This document shows, one piece after another, positions 8,880-18,532 of a stretch of 35,063 nucleotides of DNA. The notes below the pieces were generated by a model. That model did not search any database and was not told the origin of the DNA. It worked only from the letters and a program-made list of their open reading frames with translations. The stretch spans positions 1 through 35,063 of the forward strand of contig CAVAJX010000058.1 in assembly GCA_963589235.1 (NCBI GenBank), in the 5' to 3' direction. Made by a program: the position numbers and the translations under genes. The stretch comes from a bacterium (GTDB taxonomy: Bacteria > Bacillota_I > Bacilli_A > RF39 > UBA660). The stretch's first letter is position 1, and every line of letters begins with the position of its first letter.

Positions 8880-9467
8880 CTAAGATAATTTCTTAACTTT
8901 TATTATACCATTAAATTCTTTTTTTGTATCACTTAAAAAATAAGTTTCATCTAACCAAAGACGTAATTTGAATTCTTGCTTCTGATTTCCAAAAATTGTA
9001 CCAGAATATAATAACTTACCAGATGCACTACTCTTTGAAACTCTTAAATTTCGATATGTCATAACTTCATTACCAGAATAATCTTTAAAAGCTTTTCCAT
9101 CTCCATCAGTCAAATAAACTTTTACATAGTTTGGATCAATAGTATCATCGTTTTCTTCACTCTCTAAATAAACTTCATAATTACTAGAAATATTCTTATC
9201 ACCAGTACTTTCTACTGAAAAAGATATTTCATTCAGAATATCATCATCCACATTAGAAGCATCAAGAGTTCTACCAGATTCATCTGTTAATGGTAATTTA
9301 TTAGATATATGAATACTATTAGTACCAGTTAAACTAACACTATTAGAATTAGAGTTAAATTTATCTTTTGTTAAAGCAATCACAATAATAACCAAAAAGA
9401 AAAAAACAATAGACATTACAAATAAAAACGTATTCTTATTAAAATATCTAGACATTTTATAGTTCAT
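8880..9467 (-). CDS. Secreted/anchored protein, paralog 1 of 3
   Basis: 195 aa with an N-terminal TM. Shared motifs: LPLTDESG, ISFSV, NYEVYLE, KVYLTD, EFKLRLWLDE, IKVKK. The start could instead be the ATG at 9455. Confidence 0.5.
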   Translation of the reverse strand: MNYKMSRYFNKNTFLFVMSIVFFFLVIIVIALTKDKFNSNSNSVSLTGTNSIHISNKLPLTDESGRTLDASNVDDDILNEISFSVESTGDKNISSNYEVYLESEENDDTIDPNYVKVYLTDGDGKAFKDYSGNEVMTYRNLRVSKSSASGKLLYSGTIFGNQKQEFKLRLWLDETYFLSDTKKEFNGIIKVKKLS

Positions 9468-9510
9468 ACACCATCAACCCTTATCTAAAATAAGATTAAC
9501 ATAAAGGTAA

Positions 9511-10257
9511 TTACAAGTCAAATAAATTACTAGCAGTCTTAGTAGTCTTTTCTTCTACTTCAGATAAAGAAACATTAAATATATCAGCTATTTTTGTTGC
9601 GATAACAGGTATATACTTTGAACTGTTTTGCTTACCACGAAAAGGTTCAGGTGCCAAATAAGGAGCATCTGTCTCTAACACTATATTATCAAGTCCAACA
9701 TGTTCAACAACTTTATATAAATTACTATTTTTAAAAGTAACCACTCCACCAATACCAAGTTTATAACCAAGCTTAATATAAATATCTGCAGTCTCTACAC
9801 TACCAGAAAAACAATGTATAACACCTTTTACATTATGTTTCTTCAAAGTTTCAATAGTATCATTAACAGCATCTCTACTATGTATAACAACAGGTAAATG
9901 TAATTTTTCAGCCATTATTAATTGCTTTTCAAATAATTCTTTTTGTATATCAATATCATCTTTTCCATAATGATAATCAAGTCCTATTTCACCAACACCA
10001 ACAACTTTATCAGTTTTTAATAACTCTTCAAGTAACTCTAAATCAGCATCAGTAGTATCAACTTCAGAAGGATGAAATCCTAAAGTAACATATATTGAAT
10101 CATATTTTTTAGCTAGAGCCAAAGCTTCCTCAAAAGTATTTTTAGTACAAGCAGAAACTATAAGTTTTTTAACACCGGCCTTGATATTTTCTTTAACTAC
10201 TTTATCTATATCTTCATAATCTTCAATAGATAAATGACAATGTGTATCAATAAACAT
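9511..10257 (-). CDS. TatD-family metal-dependent hydrolase/DNase (YabD)
   Basis: Begins MFIDTHCHL. It carries the GE.GLDY, VIH.R.A and ETD.PYL motifs. The ATG at 10257 is preceded by GGAGG. The track start at 10284 is an unsupported extension. Confidence 0.88.
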   Translation of the reverse strand: MFIDTHCHLSIEDYEDIDKVVKENIKAGVKKLIVSACTKNTFEEALALAKKYDSIYVTLGFHPSEVDTTDADLELLEELLKTDKVVGVGEIGLDYHYGKDDIDIQKELFEKQLIMAEKLHLPVVIHSRDAVNDTIETLKKHNVKGVIHCFSGSVETADIYIKLGYKLGIGGVVTFKNSNLYKVVEHVGLDNIVLETDAPYLAPEPFRGKQNSSKYIPVIATKIADIFNVSLSEVEEKTTKTASNLFDL

Positions 10258-10285
10258 AAAATACCTCCAAAATAAAAATACCATA

Positions 10286-10450
10286 TTAATGGCATTTTTT
10301 CCATCTATATATTTTTAAACTAATATAAGAGTACAACATAAAACAAAAATAAACGATATCTATCATGTTCCAATTCATCAAGATATTATACAACAGCACT
10401 AACTGAAATAATATGAAAATTAAATCAGTAACAATAAAACGATTACGCAT
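10286..10450 (-). CDS. Small (55 aa) two-TM hypothetical membrane protein
   Basis: The ATG at 10450 is preceded by AAGGAG. The ORF sits between metG and the tatD-family gene. There is no recognisable motif. Confidence 0.35.
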   Translation of the reverse strand: MRNRFIVTDLIFILFQLVLLYNILMNWNMIDIVYFCFMLYSYISLKIYRWKKCH

Positions 10451-10502
10451 GACAATCTCCTTAAAAATGTATTTGTACTGCGAAACAATATAAATATAAC
10501 AC

Positions 10503-10540
10503 AAAAAAGAGAAAATTAATTTCTAACTTTCTCTTTTTTT
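10503..10540 (-). terminator. Intrinsic terminator after metG
   Basis: Arms AAAAAGAGAAA (10504-10514) and TTTCTCTTTTT (10528-10538) with a 13-nt loop. On the minus strand the stem runs into a T-run. Confidence 0.5.
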
Positions 10541-10558
10541 ATAATTGTACACTTCATT

Positions 10559-12094
10559 TTACATATCTTGAAGAAATTTATCTTTATCTATTCTTTGGAA
10601 TAAAACCTCTGGTTGTCCTAATTTGTATTTATTATCTTCTACATATTTAAATTCAGGAACTTCATTATTTATCTGTTTTAAAATTTCTTTACTTGTATTA
10701 GTAATAAATGGCTCTAATAAAAGTGCACATACTCTAATAGCTTCTAATAAGTTATAAATTACTGTTTCTAATCTATCTTTCTTAGCCTCATCTTTAGCTA
10801 ATATCCAAGGAGTAGTATCATCTATATATTTATTACTAGCTCTTAAAACATTCATAATTTCAGTTAAAGCATCACTTACTTGATAATCATCCATTTTAGC
10901 AACTAATTTACTATCTAATTCATTGATACTATCAATAAAAGGCTTATCTATATCTTCATATACTTTCTTGTTACAAACAGTACCTGAAAAATACTTATTA
11001 CCCATTGAAATAGTTCTTTGAACTAAGTTACCTAAAATATTTGCTAAATCACTATTGATTTTTTCAATAAGAAGTTCATATGTAATATTACCATCATTAG
11101 CAAAAGGAATTTCATGTAATAAATAATATCTAACTGCATCAACACCAAATTTCTCTACTAATTCATCAGCATAAATAACATTACCTTTAGATTTACTCAT
11201 CTTATCATTATTCATTAATAACCAAGGATGTCCAAAAATTCTCTCTGGTATTTCTAAACCTAGTGACCATAAGAAACAAGGCCAATAAATTGAATGGAAA
11301 CGTACTATATCTTTACCAATTAAATGTAAGTTAGCTGGCCATAGCTTTTTAAATTGTTCTGTTTGACTATCAACATCATATCCAATATTAGTAATATAGT
11401 TAGTTAATGCATCAAGCCATACATAAACAACATGTCCTTCATCAAAAGTAACTGGAATACCCCAAGTTAATGATGTTCTTGAAACACATAAATCTTGTAA
11501 ACCAGGTTTAATAAAGTTATTTAACATTTCATTTCTTCTAGAAACTGGTTGAATAAAATCAGGATGTTCTTCTATATATTTTTCTAACTTATCTTGATAT
11601 TTACTTAATCTAAAGAAATATGCCTCTTCTCTTGCTTCATGAACTTCTCTATTACAGTCTGGACATTTTCCATCAACTAACTGAGACTCAGTCCAAAAAG
11701 ACTCACAAGGAGTACAATATAATCCTTTGTATTCACCTTTATAAATATCTCCTGAATCATACATCTTTTTAAAGATATGTTGAACAACTTCTTTATGATG
11801 AGGATCTGTAGTTCTTACAAATTTATCATAACTAGTATTCATTAAATCCCAAATACCTTGAATTTGTTTAGCTATACCATCAACAAATTCCTTTGGTGAT
11901 ACACCAGCATCTCTAGCTTTTTCTTCAATTTTAATACCATGTTCATCAGTACCAGTCTGAAAATAAACATCATATCCATGTTGTCTTTTAAATCTAGCAA
12001 TTGAATCTGCCAAAACGATTTCATATGTATTACCTATATGTGGCTTACCAGAAGTATAAGCAATAGCAGTAGAAATATAAAACTTTTTACCCAT
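10559..12094 (-). CDS. metG: Methionine--tRNA ligase (short form without the C-terminal tRNA-binding domain)
   Basis: Class I HIGN signature (KPHIGNTYE), the KMSKS motif and the zinc knuckles CTPCE...CPDC. The ATG at 12094 is preceded by GAAGGAGG. A T-box leader lies upstream. Confidence 0.93.
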   Translation of the reverse strand: MGKKFYISTAIAYTSGKPHIGNTYEIVLADSIARFKRQHGYDVYFQTGTDEHGIKIEEKARDAGVSPKEFVDGIAKQIQGIWDLMNTSYDKFVRTTDPHHKEVVQHIFKKMYDSGDIYKGEYKGLYCTPCESFWTESQLVDGKCPDCNREVHEAREEAYFFRLSKYQDKLEKYIEEHPDFIQPVSRRNEMLNNFIKPGLQDLCVSRTSLTWGIPVTFDEGHVVYVWLDALTNYITNIGYDVDSQTEQFKKLWPANLHLIGKDIVRFHSIYWPCFLWSLGLEIPERIFGHPWLLMNNDKMSKSKGNVIYADELVEKFGVDAVRYYLLHEIPFANDGNITYELLIEKINSDLANILGNLVQRTISMGNKYFSGTVCNKKVYEDIDKPFIDSINELDSKLVAKMDDYQVSDALTEIMNVLRASNKYIDDTTPWILAKDEAKKDRLETVIYNLLEAIRVCALLLEPFITNTSKEILKQINNEVPEFKYVEDNKYKLGQPEVLFQRIDKDKFLQDM

Positions 12095-12121
12095 AATATC
12101 ATCCTCCTTCAAATTTAATAC

Positions 12122-12354
12122 CAAAAAAAAATATTATAAACATAAGGACGAGAAGTCTCTCGCGGTACCACCTTATTTTATAATACTTCTGATATTATAC
12201 ACTCAAGTAGTTAACGCCTACCTACGATTATACCTACATATCGATATAATAGTTCAAAAGCCATACTTAAATTAATTTTTATACTCATTCCCACCAAACA
12301 GAGTTCTCTTAATAAAAATTTAATTCAAGCTCTTCATCACAACATTTAAGATAT
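12122..12354 (-). promoter_or_regulatory. T-box leader (tRNA-sensing riboswitch) controlling metG
   Basis: The minus strand carries the conserved T-box sequence GGTGGTACCGCG (plus 12161-12172). Upstream are a GTGATGA/AGAGA stem-I region and a candidate specifier GGGAAUGAG, with AUG (Met) at 12288-12286. Downstream, hairpin segments run into a U-rich tract (plus A-run 12123-12130). I could not resolve the expression platform cleanly by eye. Confidence 0.7.
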
Positions 12355-12360
12355 GCATGA

Positions 12361-12389
12361 AGTATAACATAATTTTTTTTATTCTTCAA
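12361..12389 (-). promoter_or_regulatory. Putative sigma-A promoter for the metG T-box leader
   Basis: Minus strand reads TTGAAG (12389-12384), a 17-bp spacer, then TATACT (12366-12361). The -35 overlaps the last codons of spoVT. Confidence 0.45.
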
Positions 12390-12909
12390 TATGTTTTCCT
12401 AAAAATTGTGCAACTACGCAAATTAATTTCTCATCTAGTTTTGTTATGTCAGCTTTATCAGATATAACCAATACTAATCCTATAGCATCACCATTCATAA
12501 TTATAGGTTGAATAACATAAGATAACTTTTCCTTTTCATTTTCAATTAATTCAACAGTATGAAGACTAGATTCAAATAAAGTTTTCCTATCATTCATAAC
12601 ACTTTCTAAATATCTAGAAATATTAGAATCAATATATTTTTTCTTTAAATTACCAGATCCAGCAACAAATTTATCTCTATCAGTAATTAATACTGTTTTT
12701 TTAATATTAGCATTAATTATTTCAACCAACTCTTTTGAAACATCATCCATATCAGACATTTTTGAAAACTTCTTTAAAGCAATCATTTCTCTATCAACAA
12801 ATATTTCTAAAGATTCTCCATCACGAATTCTAAGAGTACGTCGAATTTCTTTGGGAATAACAATTCTTCCTAAATCATCTACTCTTCTCACTACACCAGT
12901 TGACTTCAT
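12379..12909 (-). CDS. spoVT: Stage V sporulation protein T (AbrB-type N-terminal domain plus GAF-like C-terminal domain)
   Basis: From the ATG at 12909 the protein reads MKSTGVVRRVDDLGRIVIPKEIRRTLRIRDGESLEIFVDR. This is almost identical in pattern to the B. subtilis SpoVT N-terminus. Total length is about 177 aa, as in SpoVT. The track start at 12969 is an extension. Confidence 0.9.
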   Translation of the reverse strand: MKSTGVVRRVDDLGRIVIPKEIRRTLRIRDGESLEIFVDREMIALKKFSKMSDMDDVSKELVEIINANIKKTVLITDRDKFVAGSGNLKKKYIDSNISRYLESVMNDRKTLFESSLHTVELIENEKEKLSYVIQPIIMNGDAIGLVLVISDKADITKLDEKLICVVAQFLGKHIEE

Positions 12910-13080
12910 AAAATTATTCCTCACTTTCTTCATACTAATATTTTCTCTAGAACTACACTTTTTATACAAAATATTTGTTTCTCACCTATATTATAATAAA
13001 TATTTCCAAAAATTCCCTTGGTAAATATTTCCATAGGAGTATCAATTCGTTCATATTTAAAAGTATTTTTCATTACGCAC

Positions 13081-13104
13081 AAAAAAAAGACTGAAATATC
13101 AGTC
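13081..13104 (-). terminator. Rho-independent terminator ending the holB-to-mfd gene run
   Basis: Stem GACTGA/TCAGTC (13089-13094 / 13099-13104) with a 4-nt loop. T8 follows on the minus strand (plus A-run 13081-13088). Confidence 0.65.
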
Positions 13105-13105
13105 A

Positions 13106-13813
13106 TTATTGAACATCAAATAATCTAGAGTTTTCAAGAGTAAATAAATATCTTTCACCTTGTTCTTTAATACTATTAGTTAATATTGTATCTTTAACCA
13201 AAATTTTAAAATCAATATTTTCAAGCAACTGTTTTAAATAATTATTATTAATATACTTAGTAACATCAGTAATTATTCGTTTTTTAATAGTTGAATCCAC
13301 ATCATTATCAAACAACAAATCCATTTTTTCAAATATTTCAGTATTTAATGTATCTTTAATAAAATTTTTAATTTCTGACTTTATAGTTTTATTAACACTC
13401 GAAAAATCTTTTTTCATTAACTTAATAGTATCATTATCATTTATTAATTTAAAATCATTTATTATTTTAGACAAAGTATTAATTCTAATATCTTTTAGCG
13501 TCTTACAAAATTCTAAACATTTACTACGATAACTATCTAAAATATTATCTAGTTTTTCAGCATTTAAAATTATTTTATTTTTCTTTGCCAAGTCCAAAAA
13601 TCTACTTTTAATAACATCCATTGAATCTAATGGCGGCTTTTTCAATAAGGAAGCAATATCTTCATCAAATAAAGCATTAGTATTATTCACTAAAGTATCA
13701 ACTAAAGCCCTTCTATAATTATCTAAATGAGTCTTTTTAAAATCTTCAACATTATTCGTCACATCATCACTCCTAGTATAATAAATATAACCAGTATAAA
13801 TCAATTTAGTCAA
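13106..13813 (-). CDS. Hypothetical protein (235 aa, predicted helical, no signal peptide)
   Basis: Uninterrupted ORF whose start overlaps the mfd stop by 8 nt. It ends just before a good terminator. I could not recognise any motif. Confidence 0.5.
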   Translation of the reverse strand: MTKLIYTGYIYYTRSDDVTNNVEDFKKTHLDNYRRALVDTLVNNTNALFDEDIASLLKKPPLDSMDVIKSRFLDLAKKNKIILNAEKLDNILDSYRSKCLEFCKTLKDIRINTLSKIINDFKLINDNDTIKLMKKDFSSVNKTIKSEIKNFIKDTLNTEIFEKMDLLFDNDVDSTIKKRIITDVTKYINNNYLKQLLENIDFKILVKDTILTNSIKEQGERYLFTLENSRLFDVQ

Positions 13814-16800
13814 TACTATTTTTGTATCTAGAATAAATTTTATCTAAAAGAGAAACTAAATAATAAATAGGATGTTTTTCTAATTTTATTATGTCTAGTA
13901 CAATAATCAAGTTTGTTCCTTTACTTATAAATCTAAACATATTTGAAATATAAAATGCATCCATAAAAATATCATCGACACTAACCTTACTGATTAATTC
14001 TTCAGATAAAACAATTTCTATTGAATTTTTATTTTGATGAACATTTTTAATATTCAGTTTATGTGCTAATTTTTCAAACCATTCTTCATACATATAAATA
14101 GAAATATCTTCATTAATTTTACCAAATCTATCTTCTAACTCTAATTTTATAGCGTTAAATTTCTCCAATGAATCAACTTCATTAATTTTACGATGAATTT
14201 CAATTTTTAAATCATCATCACTAACATAACTATCATTAATGTGAGTAGAAACATTAATCAATGGTTTAGTATCAACTTCTTCTGACTCTTCTACTGCAGT
14301 CTCATTTCTACTACTAACTTCTTCATTTAACATTTTTAAATATAAGTCAATACCAACAGAATCAATAAAACCGGCTTGTTCACTACCTAAAATATCTCCA
14401 GCTCCACGGATAGACAAATCTCTTGCCGCAATAGAGAATCCCGAACCAAGTTCGGTAAATTCTTTTATAACATTTAATCTCTTTATAGCCTGCTCAGTCA
14501 AAATTTTTCTTTCATCATACATTAAATATGCATAAGCAAATCTATCACTACGTCCAACACGTCCACGAATTTGATACAACTGACTTAACCCAAACCTATC
14601 AGCATCTATTATTATCAAGGTATTAACGTTAGGTATATCAATACCAGTTTCAATAATTGTTGTACACACTAAAACATCATATTTTTTATTAACAAAGTCA
14701 AAAATCTTACTTTCAAGTTCATTCTTAGTCATTTGACCATGAGCAACAGCAATACTAGCCTCTGGAACTAATTTTTGAATTTTTAAAGCTTCCTCATTAA
14801 TAGACTGAACTTTATTATAAAGAATATATACTTGTCCATTTCTACTTAATTCCTTGTAAATAGCGTCTTTTAAAATCTGCATATTTTCCTGAATAACATA
14901 AGTTTGAACAGGATATCTATTAACTGGTGGCGTTTCAATTAATGAAAGACTTCTTATACCAACCAAAGACATTTGTAAAGTTCTAGGTATAGGTGTAGCT
15001 GATAAAGTAAGTACATCAACATTTGTTTTATATTCTTTTATTTTTTCTTTGTGTAAAACTCCAAAACGTTGTTCCTCATCAATTATAAGTAATCCCAGAT
15101 CTTTAGGTTTTACATCATCACTAAGTAATCTATGTGTACCAAAGACTAAATCTATTGTTCCATTCTTTAAACCTTCGATAATGTTATTAACTTCTTTTGC
15201 TGGAGTAAATCTATTAAGTAAAGCAATAGATACTGGAAAGTTTTTAAATCTTTCTTTAGCATTTTCATAATGTTGATTAGATAAAATAGTAGTAGGACAC
15301 AAAAATAGTACTTGTTTTGAATCTAAAATAGCTTTAAATCCCGCCACAAATGCTACTTCAGTCTTACCAAAACCAACATCACCACAAAGTAATCTATCCA
15401 TAGGAACAGACTTTTCCATATCTGTTTTTATTTGTTGAATTGCCGTTATTTGATCCTTTGTTAACTCATATGGAAAGTCATTCTCAAAATCATGTAACAT
15501 ATCACAATCAGGCGAAAAAGCAAATCCTTTTTTTGACTCCCTTTCAGCATACAATTTTAACAATTTATCAGCCATATCTTTTACTTTACTTCTGACTCTT
15601 GCTTTTGTTTTTTCCCATTCTGTTCCGCCTAGTTTATTGATTTTAGGTAATACTCCATCCTTTGTAGAATACTTAGTCAATAAATCTATTTTTTCAACAG
15701 GTATATATATCTTATCAGTACCTTGATATAATACTTCTAAATAATCTTTTTCATAACCAAATGAAGATAAAGTCTTAATACCATTATACATTCCAATACC
15801 ATGAACACTATGAACTACATAATCACCAATATTTAACTTTGAAATATCAGAAATAGATGAAGAATACTTAAACGTAGTATTATATTTCCTCTTACGTTCA
15901 TTATTAATAAATAATTCATTAGCAGTAAGTAAAACAAAATCATTGAAAATATAACCATGATTAAATTCTTTTTCAATAAGATTAACTTTATTTAAAGAAA
16001 TATTATCTAATGTTGCCTCAACATAATTCATATTTAATTTTTTACTAATACTCTTTAATTGATATTTTTTTAAACAAATAAGTACAGTCTTACCAGACAC
16101 AATATTTTCTCTAATGAATGAATTAATGCGATCTATATCTTCAGCAAAGTTATTTATAGTCTTAACATCATATTTTAAAATATCTAAATCACTATTAGTT
16201 ATATTATTAATAGACATATAATAAACAGGATAACTAACTTTAATATCATCTAAAGAAAACATATAATTACCCTTAAACTTAACGTCACGTTCACTATTAT
16301 AAGTATTAATCTCATCAAGCATATGTAAATAACTAGTTTTTAATTGTTCATAATCTTTATAAAATACATAACCAGAATTAAAATATTCAGATATAGAAAC
16401 AACATCTTCATATGTTGGCAAGTATTTTTGCTTGCCAAAGTTTTCTTCAATAACATCACTATCAGTTAAAAATTCAGAAAAAGGATTAATTGAAATCTTA
16501 TTTATCTTCTTTATTGTCTTTTGTGTATCTACATCAAAATATCTAATTGAATCAATTTCATCACCAAAAAATTCAATTCTAACTGGATACTCTTCATTAA
16601 TAGGAAAAACATCAATAACAAATCCTCTTACACCTAATTCTCCAGTTTTAGTAACCAAGGTTGTACGAGAATAATTTGCTTTAATAAGTTTTTCCACAAG
16701 AAATTTAGGCGAAATTTCCTCACCTACACATAAATTTAAAACAAAGTCTTCATACGTTTTTTTACTAGGTAAAAATCTTAAATAACCTGTTAAATTAGTA

Positions 16801-17114
16801 ATAACAATACAAGGTTCACCATAAATCAAATCATTTAAAGTATTTAATCTATTTATTTTTAAATCAGGACTTATTGCTAGAGCTTCACTTGTTAAGAAAT
16901 CATCCATAGGAAATAATTTTACTTTATCAGTGTAATTATTCAATGTTGAAAACAAAGTATTAGCTTCGTATAAAGAATTAACAACTAAAAGTATATTCTT
17001 ATTTTTCTCTGCAAATAATTTGTACAAATAAACACAAAAAAGCTCATCTGAAAGACCAGCTATACACATATTTTTCTTAACATCAACATGAATTAAATTA
17101 TCAAAAAAATTCAT
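13806..17114 (-). CDS. mfd: Transcription-repair coupling factor Mfd
   Basis: 1102 aa. It has a UvrB-homology N-terminus, a CarD-like domain (VHSVHGIGMY), and a superfamily-2 helicase core (GDVGFGKTEVA, DEEQRFG, SATPIPRT, QLYQIRGRVGRS). Confidence 0.95.
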   Translation of the reverse strand: MNFFDNLIHVDVKKNMCIAGLSDELFCVYLYKLFAEKNKNILLVVNSLYEANTLFSTLNNYTDKVKLFPMDDFLTSEALAISPDLKINRLNTLNDLIYGEPCIVITNLTGYLRFLPSKKTYEDFVLNLCVGEEISPKFLVEKLIKANYSRTTLVTKTGELGVRGFVIDVFPINEEYPVRIEFFGDEIDSIRYFDVDTQKTIKKINKISINPFSEFLTDSDVIEENFGKQKYLPTYEDVVSISEYFNSGYVFYKDYEQLKTSYLHMLDEINTYNSERDVKFKGNYMFSLDDIKVSYPVYYMSINNITNSDLDILKYDVKTINNFAEDIDRINSFIRENIVSGKTVLICLKKYQLKSISKKLNMNYVEATLDNISLNKVNLIEKEFNHGYIFNDFVLLTANELFINNERKRKYNTTFKYSSSISDISKLNIGDYVVHSVHGIGMYNGIKTLSSFGYEKDYLEVLYQGTDKIYIPVEKIDLLTKYSTKDGVLPKINKLGGTEWEKTKARVRSKVKDMADKLLKLYAERESKKGFAFSPDCDMLHDFENDFPYELTKDQITAIQQIKTDMEKSVPMDRLLCGDVGFGKTEVAFVAGFKAILDSKQVLFLCPTTILSNQHYENAKERFKNFPVSIALLNRFTPAKEVNNIIEGLKNGTIDLVFGTHRLLSDDVKPKDLGLLIIDEEQRFGVLHKEKIKEYKTNVDVLTLSATPIPRTLQMSLVGIRSLSLIETPPVNRYPVQTYVIQENMQILKDAIYKELSRNGQVYILYNKVQSINEEALKIQKLVPEASIAVAHGQMTKNELESKIFDFVNKKYDVLVCTTIIETGIDIPNVNTLIIIDADRFGLSQLYQIRGRVGRSDRFAYAYLMYDERKILTEQAIKRLNVIKEFTELGSGFSIAARDLSIRGAGDILGSEQAGFIDSVGIDLYLKMLNEEVSSRNETAVEESEEVDTKPLINVSTHINDSYVSDDDLKIEIHRKINEVDSLEKFNAIKLELEDRFGKINEDISIYMYEEWFEKLAHKLNIKNVHQNKNSIEIVLSEELISKVSVDDIFMDAFYISNMFRFISKGTNLIIVLDIIKLEKHPIYYLVSLLDKIYSRYKNSID

Positions 17115-17118
17115 TAAA

Positions 17119-17688
17119 TCACCTATTCTTTTTATTGTGTTTACTCATCAAATCTGAAAAATTCATAGTAAAATAGTCATCTACAACTACATTTAAAGTA
17201 TTGAATAATTCATCATAAACCTTCAAATCATCATTAGATATTTTACCCAAAACATAGTCTTTTATATCTCCACCAGTAGATTTTGAAATACCTACTTTTA
17301 AACGCTTGAATTTTTCTGTACCCAAACATAGTGCAATATTTTTTAAACCATTATGTCCGCCAGATGATCCAGATTCTTTTAATTTAAAGTTACCAACTAA
17401 CAAATCAAGGTCATCAGAAATAACCAAAATATCTGATACATCAATTTTAAAATAATTAGCACACTCTAAAACCGCATTACCAGACAAATTCATATAAGTA
17501 CTTGGCTTTAAAAATATAACCTTTTCACCAGAAATATTTGTTTGAAAATACAAACTATTAAATTTTTGTTTCCAGTCACCATCACATTTTTTATATGAAA
17601 TATAATTATCCACAACCATAAAACCTATATTATGTCTCGTTTTTTTATACTCTTTTCCAGGATTACCTAATCCAACAATAAGTTTCAT
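17119..17688 (-). CDS. pth: Peptidyl-tRNA hydrolase
   Basis: 189 aa starting MKLIVGLGNPG..Y..TRHNIGF, with the GGHNGLK motif. Confidence 0.93.
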   Translation of the reverse strand: MKLIVGLGNPGKEYKKTRHNIGFMVVDNYISYKKCDGDWKQKFNSLYFQTNISGEKVIFLKPSTYMNLSGNAVLECANYFKIDVSDILVISDDLDLLVGNFKLKESGSSGGHNGLKNIALCLGTEKFKRLKVGISKSTGGDIKDYVLGKISNDDLKVYDELFNTLNVVVDDYFTMNFSDLMSKHNKKNR

Positions 17689-17692
17689 TTAA

Positions 17693-18532
17693 TCACTTCC
17701 CATTATGATATTCTTTATAAATAATAGACTTAGCTACATTTCTCTCTTTTGCCACTAATTTTATAGCATCTTTTTCCGAAATACCATCTTCTAAATAAAT
17801 ATTGACATGTTCAATAATAGTCATATCACTATAATCAACTTTTTCATGATTACCATCAACAATAAGAACAAATTCCCCTTTTAAACTTGACGCTACAGGT
17901 ATCAAGTTTTCAATATAATCTCTATATATTTCCTCATGAATTTTAGAAATCTCCCTAGAAATAGATATTTTTCTATTACCAAGTACTTCTAACATATTCT
18001 TCAATGTATTTTCCAGTCTATGAGGTGATTCATAAAAAATCATTGTATACTTATAATCCTTCAAGCCAAGTAATTCTTTCTTTTGTTTAGAATCCTTTGC
18101 ATTTAAAAAACCATAAAATAAGAAAGGTGAAGGAGAAATACCAGAAGATGTTAAAGCAGGTACAAAAGCTGTAGCGCCAGGTAAACTAATAACATTATAA
18201 TTATTAGAAATAACTTCATTTACAATTACATATCCTGGATCACTGATTATAGGAGTACCCTGATCAGTAACAAGACCAATATTCATACCTTTAGACAATT
18301 GTTCTACAACATAAGATTTAACCTTATCTTCATTAAATTCATGACAACTAACTAATTTCTTTTTAATATCATATTTACTTAATAACTTACCAGTTTCTCT
18401 AGTATCTTCACATAAAACTAAATCCACTTCCTTTAGTGTATTTAAAGATCTTATAGTAATATCGTCCAAATTACCAATGGGCGTAGGTATTAAATATAAG
18501 CTTGCTGTATCATTATAACTAATTTGACTCAT
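17693..18532 (-). CDS. rsmI: 16S rRNA (cytidine1402-2'-O)-methyltransferase RsmI
   Basis: 279 aa. Tetrapyrrole-methylase-fold motifs: LYLIPTPIGNL.DIT.R....L.....CEDTR and SDPG..V. It occupies the position equivalent to B. subtilis yabC. Confidence 0.88.
   Translation of the reverse strand: MSQISYNDTASLYLIPTPIGNLDDITIRSLNTLKEVDLVLCEDTRETGKLLSKYDIKKKLVSCHEFNEDKVKSYVVEQLSKGMNIGLVTDQGTPIISDPGYVIVNEVISNNYNVISLPGATAFVPALTSSGISPSPFLFYGFLNAKDSKQKKELLGLKDYKYTMIFYESPHRLENTLKNMLEVLGNRKISISREISKIHEEIYRDYIENLIPVASSLKGEFVLIVDGNHEKVDYSDMTIIEHVNIYLEDGISEKDAIKLVAKERNVAKSIIYKEYHNGK

Noticed and set aside
12122-12176. A clean T-box terminator/antiterminator switch.
   Set aside because: The T-box motif is unambiguous. 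However, the hairpin I can draw (ATAAGG...CCTTAT enclosing CGAGA/TCTCG) is separated from the U-run by about 11 nt. I report the leader but do not assert a specific terminator or SD-sequestering mechanism.
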